Assembly: GCF_000260965.1 (NCBI RefSeq)
Contig: NC_017856.1
Span: 1,440,001 to 1,472,000 of the forward strand
Origin: Methylophaga frappieri
GTDB lineage: Bacteria > Pseudomonadota > Gammaproteobacteria > Nitrosococcales > Methylophagaceae
DNA: 32,000 nt
Reading direction: 5' to 3'
Part shown: positions 13,594 through 21,088 of the stretch, piece by piece
Position numbering within the stretch: position 1 is the first letter of the stretch
How the letters are laid out: each line of letters starts with the position of its first letter
Made by a program: the position numbers and the translations under genes
Notes under the pieces: model-generated
The model's database searches: none
Told to the model about the DNA's origin: nothing
What the model saw: only the letters and a program-made list of their open reading frames with translations

Positions 13594-14904
13594 CTATATG
13601 TCTTCCTTATATTCAATTTTGTATGGTTGAAGATCCGCTAACCATTTTTTCAATGTTGTAGCACGACGTTTAGCCGTTTTCTCAGATAATGAAGATACGC
13701 AGTTTAAGAGGAACTGCTCAGCTGAATTCGGATCCAATTCACTAATATCTGATTTTTCACAATACCTCATCCACTTAGTGCCACATTCAGAAAGCTCAAA
13801 TAGATTTGCTAAGACTTGATACTTTATATGATTTGATTTCCGAGTTAATAAAAACGATCCTTCGGAAGTAATTTCATTTTTCCTAGTAAGTAACCCTAAC
13901 GCCTTTGCTGCATCAACATAATAACTAACCTGTCTTGGTGAGTTTATGTTTTCAAAATTATCATGTGTCAGTGTTTTACCATGATCCACTAAATCCATAA
14001 CTTTAAGGATGGTTTCTATATCATTTGCTTGAGGAACATCAATTGATGATATGGATGTTAAATTAGTATTTTTTAGCGGATCTAGCTTCTCTTTAACGCT
14101 TTGGTTATCTAGAACAATTTCATTTCCAATATACTTTGGAATAATTTTCACATTTACATTACTAGAAACTATTTTGTTATAAAACTGCTCAATTTGATGA
14201 GTATCAAGTGAATATTTAGAAAGGGCTTCATTAAGTTGTTCAATATTGCCTGCTGTAAAAACATTTTCGAGTACGTCTAAGGCTTTATAGGCAAGCTCTT
14301 CATCATTAGCACCAAGTCTTACATCAACAGAACTAAAGTCTGCTCCCAACTCATACAGGTTGAATACTCGTTTATTGGAAAGATCAAATAAACTCATAGC
14401 TGACTTAAACAGCTCTGTAAACTGTTCTTGAATCGCATTCGAAATATCTGCTGCAACCTTATGTGTTTTTTTGTTTACATTTTTTACGACTAGCCTAAAA
14501 ATCCAACTTTCTTCAGGTGAAGAGCTCCACTTATCGATTGAGTCAACATAAAACCCTTCTGTTGGTAGAAAGTCATCGGGCAAATCTTTTTGTCTAATAA
14601 AAGTTACTTCATCTTGCTCAGGATCTTTTCCAATATAAGCCAAATAGTAACCTCGTTCAGGCTGCTCATATGCTTCTCTAAACGAAATCCGCTTAGCTCT
14701 CAATAGGTTGAGTTTGTTTTTTGATATAGGTAAATAAAGCCAACCCTCTTTATGTACTGGTTCACTTTTTTTATCGCACCAAAAGACAATGTAATAGGTG
14801 CCCATAACCTTATCTTTTGCACAATAAAGAGTTGGCATATCAAAGTATTCATATACTTCAATAATGCTTAAATCTCCTAACTGGGATTTTTTATTTAGCA
14901 ACAT
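13594..14904 (-). CDS. Hypothetical 436-aa protein, third gene of the methyltransferase operon
   Basis: GGTGAG SD 4 nt before the ATG, which lies 9 nt after the upstream stop. No nuclease or NTPase motif is visible. The C-terminal segment SPRQVSYYVDAAKALGLLTRKNEITSEGSFLL looks winged-helix-like. Confidence 0.6.
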   Translation of the reverse strand: MLLNKKSQLGDLSIIEVYEYFDMPTLYCAKDKVMGTYYIVFWCDKKSEPVHKEGWLYLPISKNKLNLLRAKRISFREAYEQPERGYYLAYIGKDPEQDEVTFIRQKDLPDDFLPTEGFYVDSIDKWSSSPEESWIFRLVVKNVNKKTHKVAADISNAIQEQFTELFKSAMSLFDLSNKRVFNLYELGADFSSVDVRLGANDEELAYKALDVLENVFTAGNIEQLNEALSKYSLDTHQIEQFYNKIVSSNVNVKIIPKYIGNEIVLDNQSVKEKLDPLKNTNLTSISSIDVPQANDIETILKVMDLVDHGKTLTHDNFENINSPRQVSYYVDAAKALGLLTRKNEITSEGSFLLTRKSNHIKYQVLANLFELSECGTKWMRYCEKSDISELDPNSAEQFLLNCVSSLSEKTAKRRATTLKKWLADLQPYKIEYKEDI

Positions 14905-14913
14905 TAGCTCACC

Positions 14914-15354
14914 TTATACTGGATGTATTTTTACAACACAGCTCCATGGTTGGGCACTCACATCAAACCAAACTGAAAAATGATTTGGTCTAGTCTCTTT
15001 CATTACCCCTAAGCTTGGCTTTAAATTAACCTCAGCAATTTTCACATTAGCAGTTCTATTCTTATGTATAGCTATGCGCCTACAATTTTTTATATTGTCA
15101 AAGTGCGATGTAGCGAAGGCGTCACATTGTTTATCTTTTGGTAGGTCACCAAACCTTTCAGAAAGCTCACCACATTCATCTCTAAATCCATAGTGTATTT
15201 GGTGTGGGTCATCAACAGTCATCAGAAAGTCATCGTCATCTGGAGGAGAGTTATAAACTATTCTAAAAAGGATACCTGTAGTAGGAATACTACCGGTTAA
15301 AGGGCAGTGTTTCGGCATATCCTGTGCCCAACTATAACTACCTTGTGCTGTCAT
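14914..15354 (-). CDS. Hypothetical 146-aa Cys/His-rich protein, second gene of the methyltransferase operon
   Basis: AAGGA SD, starting 17 nt after the MTase stop. It begins ...HCPLTGSIPTTGILFRIVYNSPPDDDDF and ends ...HFSVWFDV. I cannot name a family. Confidence 0.55.
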   Translation of the reverse strand: MTAQGSYSWAQDMPKHCPLTGSIPTTGILFRIVYNSPPDDDDFLMTVDDPHQIHYGFRDECGELSERFGDLPKDKQCDAFATSHFDNIKNCRRIAIHKNRTANVKIAEVNLKPSLGVMKETRPNHFSVWFDVSAQPWSCVVKIHPV

Positions 15355-15371
15355 AAACCATCCTTATTTTT

Positions 15372-16055
15372 CTAATGACTAAGCTCATTATATAAACGTT
15401 CTTTAGCAACACTTACTGCTTCCTCAGCTATGTCTACTCCTAAGAAGCGTCTATGATTTCGAATTGCAGCGACACCAAACGATCCCGCCCCCATGAATGG
15501 ATCCACTATAAGCTCACCCTCATCTGAACTTTGACCAATCAAAATTTCAGCTAATTCTACTGGCTTTTCAGTTGGATATCCTCTATAAACTCTAGGGACC
15601 TCTAGAATATCTGGAATAGAAAAGTTTTTTAACTTCCTTTTTCCTTTTTCAAAAAACAGGATAAATTCATATCTTGCACGATAGTGATAGCCCATTCCTA
15701 TCTTTTTTTTGTCCCAAATTAGTGGTTTCCAAAACTTAAAACCTACTTTTTCAGCTATAGGTTTTACAATAAATGCAGTCTCTTGATCACAAAATAAATA
15801 AAAGTGGGAGTTTTTTTTGAGAACTCGATATATTTCAATAAATAATTGTTCAAAAGATGAGTTAGGAAAAATAGTAAACCATGCGTTGCTTGATGCCTTG
15901 CTATTTTTCAAGCGTGTTGTTGTTCCAATTGCTCTGTGTTTTTCTAATGACTCATATGGTGGATCAGTGATAAACAAATCAACAGACTCGTCAGCCAAAG
16001 CTCCTAAAAAATCAAGTGCATCTGCACATTTTAAGTCAAAATTCGTTATTTCCAT
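15372..16055 (-). CDS. DNA methyltransferase, beta-class N6-adenine/N4-cytosine (DPPY type)
   Basis: Motif IV LFITDPPYES precedes motif I LIVDPFMGAGSFGVAA, which is the beta-class order. I prefer ATG 16055 (MEITNFDL). The ORF track's TTG 16091 lies inside a hexamer repeat. Confidence 0.8.
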   Translation of the reverse strand: MEITNFDLKCADALDFLGALADESVDLFITDPPYESLEKHRAIGTTTRLKNSKASSNAWFTIFPNSSFEQLFIEIYRVLKKNSHFYLFCDQETAFIVKPIAEKVGFKFWKPLIWDKKKIGMGYHYRARYEFILFFEKGKRKLKNFSIPDILEVPRVYRGYPTEKPVELAEILIGQSSDEGELIVDPFMGAGSFGVAAIRNHRRFLGVDIAEEAVSVAKERLYNELSH

Positions 16056-16152
16056 TTTTATAATTTGAGGAAGACTCAACCTCAACCTCAACTTCCAACT
16101 TTAATAAGAGCAAAGGTCGGAAGCTTATCATTTTTAGTGCACTACGTTTACA

Positions 16153-17139
16153 TTACTTAGTTAACCTTCGTGCTAAATCCTCCGCTTTTAAGTGGGTATA
16201 ACGCTTTAACATCATCAAATCCTTATGGCCAGTTATGGATGAAACTTCCATTATGTTCAATCCCATCTCAAAAAATCGACTTGTAGCTTCATGCCGTAAA
16301 TCATGGAAACGTAAGTTTGCGATATTGGCACATTTACAACAACGTTCAAATGCATGTGTTATAGAATCAGCACGCATTGAAAACACTTTACCGTTAATAT
16401 TTCGTGGGATCTCAGCAAGGATATTTAATGCCGATGTAGAAAGTGGGACTGTTCTGCTATCACCATTCTTTGTATCTGGGAGAGTTACAACTCTCTTGGC
16501 TATATCAATGTTTTCCCAGCGCAGTTTGGCAATTTCTCCTCTACGCATGGCAGTCTCAATTGCAAATCGAATAATGGCTGATATTTCACCACCGTATTTT
16601 TTTGCTGCATCAAGAATCCGTTCCTGTTCATTCCCTTCTAACCTACGCTCCCTACCTCGTTTTGGCTGAGGTGGTACAGTGATCCTGTCTACAGGATTGC
16701 CATGAGGCAAATAAATGCCCCATTCCTTGGAGGCAATGGTCAGGATCCGTTTAATACACAACAACTCTTTTCTAACGGTTTCCGGCTTTACTCTTTTAAG
16801 CCTAGTGTCTCTGTAATCTGCCAACACACTAGGGGTGATGCTAATGACAGCATATTCCCCAATGCAATTGCTGATACAACGAATCATCGATCCCATACTG
16901 ACAGCAGACTTTTTCGAGGGGAGTATTTCAGTAATATAACGTTTAGTTAATTGCTGGACAGTGGTGGTTTCTGCAAGAGTGCTTGAAATGAACATTTTGT
17001 TGTCCATTTGAGCTTCAACTTGAGTAGCCCACTTTTGGGCCAGAGATTTGTTTCTGAATGTTTTGGTTTGGACTGGGTAGCCTTTTTTGCGGACTTTTGC
17101 CTGCCATTGGCCTTCCCCACGCTTTATATAACTTGCCAT
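16153..17139 (-). CDS. Tyrosine site-specific integrase
   Basis: 328 aa. The N-terminus is KRGEGQWQAKVRKKGYPVQTKTFRNKSLAQKWATQVE. The catalytic region carries RRGEIAKLRW, RFHDLRHEATSRF and GHKDLMMLKRYTH (R..H-x-x-R..Y). It is transcribed away from the adjacent tRNA 3' end. Confidence 0.9.
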   Translation of the reverse strand: MASYIKRGEGQWQAKVRKKGYPVQTKTFRNKSLAQKWATQVEAQMDNKMFISSTLAETTTVQQLTKRYITEILPSKKSAVSMGSMIRCISNCIGEYAVISITPSVLADYRDTRLKRVKPETVRKELLCIKRILTIASKEWGIYLPHGNPVDRITVPPQPKRGRERRLEGNEQERILDAAKKYGGEISAIIRFAIETAMRRGEIAKLRWENIDIAKRVVTLPDTKNGDSRTVPLSTSALNILAEIPRNINGKVFSMRADSITHAFERCCKCANIANLRFHDLRHEATSRFFEMGLNIMEVSSITGHKDLMMLKRYTHLKAEDLARRLTK

Positions 17140-17180
17140 AACGTTAAATCATCCTTTATTACGTTAGTGTCATTTTATGA

Positions 17181-17200
17181 GTGTCCCAACAGTGTCCCAA
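17181..17200. repeat. Direct repeat GTGTCCCAA x2 (11-bp register) between int and the tRNA
   Basis: Copies at 17181-17189 and 17192-17200, about 45-60 bp upstream of the int start codon. This could be an arm-type or operator site. Confidence 0.4.
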
Positions 17201-17267
17201 AACACCGATTTACAGAATAACTCCTGACACCAAAATAATATAACTCATTGAAAAAAGGAAGATTAAA

Positions 17268-17344
17268 TGGCGTCCCCGGCAGGATTCGAACCTGCGACCT
17301 TACCCTTAGGAGGGGGACGCTCTATCCAGCTGAGCTACGGGGAC
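17268..17344 (-). tRNA. tRNA-Arg (anticodon CCT), CCA encoded
   Basis: The reverse complement is GTCCCCGTAGCTCAGCTGGATAGAGCGTCCCCCTCCTAAGGGTAAGGTCGCAGGTTCGAATCCTGCCGGGGACGCCA. It folds as a cloverleaf. The acceptor is GTCCCCG/CGGGGAC, the D stem GCTC/GAGC, the T arm GCAGG-TTCGAAT-CCTGC and the anticodon loop CTCCTAA. The anticodon stem has one C-T mismatch. Confidence 0.9.
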
Positions 17345-17375
17345 AAGGCGCTAGATTATAACAGGGTGGGCGGTT

Positions 17376-17741
17376 TTATTTAGATACCGCAGCTTGTATC
17401 AATAGATTCTGCATCTCGGGTAGTGCGCCAATATGTGGCAGCAAAGTGATGGTCAGATTTGGTAGGTCCTGTTTTCCAATATCGATTTGTTCGGGAATAT
17501 CCTCCGCGACATGGCGGCCGGTATTTAGAAAATATGGCAAAATCACAACCTCTGCTGCACCCTGCTCCGCACAAACTCTGATGCCTGTGGGTATAGATGG
17601 TTCAGCTAATTCTAGAAAGGCTGCCATGACCAAACTATATTGGTGCTGGCACTTTGCCGCGAGAGACTCAGCAAGTGCCATCACTTCATGATTCGACTGA
17701 TTTCGGCGACTACCATGCGCCACAATTAATAACGCTTTCAT
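17376..17741 (-). CDS. cbiX: Sirohydrochlorin chelatase, small CbiX-type
   Basis: 121 aa. MKALLIVAHGSRRNQSN...VVILPYFLNTGRHVAEDIP is the CbiX/SirB pattern. GGGAG SD. Confidence 0.75.
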   Translation of the reverse strand: MKALLIVAHGSRRNQSNHEVMALAESLAAKCQHQYSLVMAAFLELAEPSIPTGIRVCAEQGAAEVVILPYFLNTGRHVAEDIPEQIDIGKQDLPNLTITLLPHIGALPEMQNLLIQAAVSK

Positions 17742-17755
17742 TTCACTCCCTATAG

Positions 17756-19408
17756 CTAATGCTGACTGGCATGATGCGCGCCAAGTCCTGTTTGTGCCCT
17801 AATAAACTGGTCACGAAACAAGGATCTCGACTCGGTAGCGGCGGCACTGCGGTCAGTTATTGAAAATAACCAAATCAATACAAATGCCACCATAATAGAA
17901 AATAACGCCGGGTATTTGTATGGAAAGACTGGCTCGGCAAAGCCGAATATATCTACCCAGACGATAGGCCCCAAAATCACGAGCATTACCGCCGTAAATA
18001 ATCCGGAAAAACCACCAATAACGGCCCCTCGGGTAGTCAAATTTTTCCAGTACATGGATAAAAACAACACCGGGAAATTGGCACTGGCGGCAATGGCAAA
18101 GGCCAGTCCAACCATAAAGGCGATATTTTGCGTCTCAAACAGGATCCCGAGACCAATCGCAACCATGCCCAAAAAAATGGTAGCCACTCTGGAGACACGC
18201 ATTTCCATTTGTCCGCTGGCCTGACCTTTTTTGATTACGCTGGCATAGAGATCATGTGAAATTGCCGATGCGCCGGCCAGTGTTAACCCGGCCACAACCG
18301 CTAAAATAGTGGCAAAAGCGACCGCAGAAATAAAACCCAAAAAGATATTGCCACCCACGGCGGCGGCTAAATGGACGGCTGCCATGTTGTTACCACCGAT
18401 TAATCCACCTTGCACATTTAAAAATGCCGGATTGGTTGACACCATAACGATGGCGCCAAAACCGATAATGAATGTCAAAATGTAGAAATAGCCAATGAAA
18501 CCAGTGGCATAGAATACTGATCGCCGTGCTTCCTTGGCATTTGCAACGGTAAAGAAGCGCATCAAAATATGTGGCAGACCGGCGGTACCAAAGATTAACG
18601 CCGCACCAAGTGAAATTGCAGACACAGGATCAGAAACGAGACCACCCGGTGCCATGATTTCCAGTCCTTTTTGATGTACGGCGACGGCTTCAGAAAATAA
18701 GCGATTGAGATCAAACCCGACGGAACGTAATACCATAAATGCCATAAAGGTCGCGCCAGATAAGAGCAACACGGCCTTGATAATTTGCACCCATGTGGTT
18801 GCCAGCATGCCGCCAAAAGTGACGTATAACACCATCAACACGCCAACTAGCACAACCGCTAACTCATAAGGCAAACCGAATAAGATCTGTATCAGTTTGC
18901 CAGCGCCGACCATCTGTGCGATGAGATACAGCAATACGACTGCGAGCGCACCAAACGCCGATAAAACCCGCACCGGCAGCTGACCAAGCCGATATGAGGC
19001 CACATCAGCAAAGGTATAACGGCCGAGATTACGCAGACGCTCTGCAATCAAAAATAAAATCAGTGGCCAACCAATCAAAAATCCGATCGAATAAATCAGT
19101 CCATCATAACCGGACAAAAAAACCAGACCGGAGATACCCAGAAATGACGCCGCAGACATAAAGTCACCGGCAATGGCCAGACCATTTTGAAAACCAGTAA
19201 TACCACCACCAGCAGCGTAATAATCTGCTGTTGAGCGTGTGCGTTGCGCTGCCCAATAAGTCACCGCCAGTGTCGCAAACACAAACAGGCAAAACATCAC
19301 CACGGCAGGGACATTAATTGCTGAATCAGCTGTGATCTGCTCAACCTCAGCCATCCCTATTGCTGGGAACAGAGCGAACAGTATCAAAAAGACGTAACGT
19401 TGCTTCAT
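17756..19408 (-). CDS. actP: Cation/acetate symporter (solute:sodium symporter family)
   Basis: 550 aa and polytopic. [32 protein letters not shown] is typical of ActP. It is translationally coupled (ATGA overlap) to the upstream DUF485 gene. Confidence 0.85.
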   Translation of the reverse strand: MKQRYVFLILFALFPAIGMAEVEQITADSAINVPAVVMFCLFVFATLAVTYWAAQRTRSTADYYAAGGGITGFQNGLAIAGDFMSAASFLGISGLVFLSGYDGLIYSIGFLIGWPLILFLIAERLRNLGRYTFADVASYRLGQLPVRVLSAFGALAVVLLYLIAQMVGAGKLIQILFGLPYELAVVLVGVLMVLYVTFGGMLATTWVQIIKAVLLLSGATFMAFMVLRSVGFDLNRLFSEAVAVHQKGLEIMAPGGLVSDPVSAISLGAALIFGTAGLPHILMRFFTVANAKEARRSVFYATGFIGYFYILTFIIGFGAIVMVSTNPAFLNVQGGLIGGNNMAAVHLAAAVGGNIFLGFISAVAFATILAVVAGLTLAGASAISHDLYASVIKKGQASGQMEMRVSRVATIFLGMVAIGLGILFETQNIAFMVGLAFAIAASANFPVLFLSMYWKNLTTRGAVIGGFSGLFTAVMLVILGPIVWVDIFGFAEPVFPYKYPALFSIMVAFVLIWLFSITDRSAAATESRSLFRDQFIRAQTGLGAHHASQH

Positions 19409-19719
19409 GACAGGTCCTGCAAAATCGCCTGCGTTAACGCATCAAAACGGGTGTTCGCCATGTGAACATAAATGCCAGTCAGCACAAACGCCGAGACAAT
19501 AATGACCACGCCCAGCGGGATGCCAATCGTCATCACCGTATCAGCCTCAATTGGCTGGGCCAACCAGCCCGGCATAAACGCGATCAGTAAAATAAAACTG
19601 AAATAAAGGACTAAGATGATGGCTGACAAACTCCATACCCAGCGTGCGCGTTGCGTGACCAATTGCTGGAATCGGGGATCATCATGAATTTTTTGATACA
19701 TTTCAGCGTCCATCGACAT
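19405..19719 (-). CDS. DUF485 inner-membrane protein (YjcH-like)
   Basis: 104 aa. The [32 protein letters not shown] pattern and its position upstream of actP fit YjcH. Confidence 0.8.
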   Translation of the reverse strand: MSMDAEMYQKIHDDPRFQQLVTQRARWVWSLSAIILVLYFSFILLIAFMPGWLAQPIEADTVMTIGIPLGVVIIVSAFVLTGIYVHMANTRFDALTQAILQDLS

Positions 19720-19936
19720 TAGGGTGATCCTTAATCTTGTTTCAAGCGGTGGTATAGTTGGAGTATATCAGTCGATAGTGATGGAAAACGCCGACAATGA
19801 ACCTGAAAAAATGTGACGCACTTCGCATTATTAAAAAAACGGTTTATGATGAAATATTTGTAACACAGCTGGATAGTCGGGAAGTCTGTCCTTTTTGCCT
19901 TAATGGCTTGTTGCCGGAAGCAACCTGAATATCGTC

Positions 19937-21076
19937 ATGCTGGGAGCATCTGACCGGATGACCATCGACGCAAAGCAATCCACTGAGCTGGCACCTTATG
20001 AAAAGGCCAGACGCTTGAATATTCTCCGAAAAACCAAAAAAGTTCTGATCATCGATGACCAGTCAACGGGGAGAACCATCCTCGCCAAGATCATTCAACA
20101 AATTGGCGATAACATTGAAGTGACAGCGTTGAGTAATCCGATTACCGCACTTGAGTGGCTCAATTTGAATGAAGCAGACTTGATTGTGACCGATTACCGC
20201 ATGCCCGACATCAATGGCATTGAATTCATTCAGCAAGTACGTCAGCAACCCAAATATGCCAATGTACCCATCATGATGATCACGGTGGTTAGTGAAAAAG
20301 CCGTCCGTTATGAAGCATTGGAGGCAGGAGCAACCGCATTTCTGATGCGTCCCATCGATCAGATTGAATGCCGTACCAGCTGCCGCAACCTGTTGCAGCT
20401 CCATGAGCAACATCTGATTATCGAAGACCGTGCCAACTGGCTGGAGCGTCAGGTTGAACTCGCCACCGAACAAATCCTGCAACGCGAAAAAGAGACGATC
20501 ATTCGACTTGCTAAAGCAGGTGAATATCGTGATGAAGGAACGGGCAACCATGTTATCAGAATGGCTAAATATGCCCGGCAGATTGCCGAAGCAATGGGCT
20601 GTTTCACCATGCAGGAATGTGAAGATTTAGAGTATGCCGCACCGATGCATGATATTGGAAAAATCGGCATTCCCGATAATGTGCTGTTAAAACCAGGGCC
20701 ATTAAATCCGGAAGAATGGGAGATTATGAAAAGCCACTCGGTTATCGGCCATGAAATCCTCTCCGGCAGTCAATCAAAATATATGCAAATTGGCGCCATT
20801 ATCGCCTTACACCATCATGAAAGATATGATGGCAAAGGCTATCCTAATGGCCTTAAAGGCGATGCGATACCCCTTATCGCGCGCGTTGTCTCCGTTGCAG
20901 ATGTATACGATGCCTTAGTTTCTGCACGCCCCTACAAAAAAGCATGGTCAGAAACCGATGCGCTGGACTTTCTCAATGCCAATGCAGGTAGCCATCTGGA
21001 TCCACGTTGCGTGGCGGCTTTTATGGAACGATATGAAACGATTCAAACCATCAAGGCAGCCTATGCGGATGAATAA
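19937..21076 (+). CDS. Response regulator with HD-GYP c-di-GMP phosphodiesterase domain (RpfG-like)
   Basis: REC domain ([13 protein letters not shown]...[17 protein letters not shown]). HD-GYP domain (HVIRMAKYA...[11 protein letters not shown]...[15 protein letters not shown]). Confidence 0.85.
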   Translation: MLGASDRMTIDAKQSTELAPYEKARRLNILRKTKKVLIIDDQSTGRTILAKIIQQIGDNIEVTALSNPITALEWLNLNEADLIVTDYRMPDINGIEFIQQVRQQPKYANVPIMMITVVSEKAVRYEALEAGATAFLMRPIDQIECRTSCRNLLQLHEQHLIIEDRANWLERQVELATEQILQREKETIIRLAKAGEYRDEGTGNHVIRMAKYARQIAEAMGCFTMQECEDLEYAAPMHDIGKIGIPDNVLLKPGPLNPEEWEIMKSHSVIGHEILSGSQSKYMQIGAIIALHHHERYDGKGYPNGLKGDAIPLIARVVSVADVYDALVSARPYKKAWSETDALDFLNANAGSHLDPRCVAAFMERYETIQTIKAAYADE

Positions 21077-21088
21077 CGGGTTCTGGAT

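Larger units (their letters stand above)
1..17267. mobile_element. Integrative genomic island (integrative mobilizable element-like) inserted at the 3' end of tRNA-Arg; left end outside window
   Basis: The integrase is adjacent to the tRNA 3' end. There is an abrupt by-eye shift from AT-rich accessory content to GC-richer housekeeping genes at ~17.3 kb. The content is rep/oriV, T4SS fragment, TA modules, MTase operon and cassette array. Confidence 0.75.

Noticed and set aside
13396-13641. 81-aa ORF spanning the convergent junction between the AlbA_2 gene and the 436-aa gene
   Set aside because: It overlaps the 3' ends of two better-supported genes in other frames and is AT-rich low-complexity sequence.
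20063-20551. 162-aa antisense ORF inside the HD-GYP regulator gene. Similar shadow ORFs occur at 17916-18224, 16235-16669, 15817-16068, 7231-7515, 6811-7086, 21440-21916 and 23750-24182.
   Set aside because: They lie opposite strongly supported genes, lack SD sequences and have low-complexity, atypical composition. These are antisense shadow frames.
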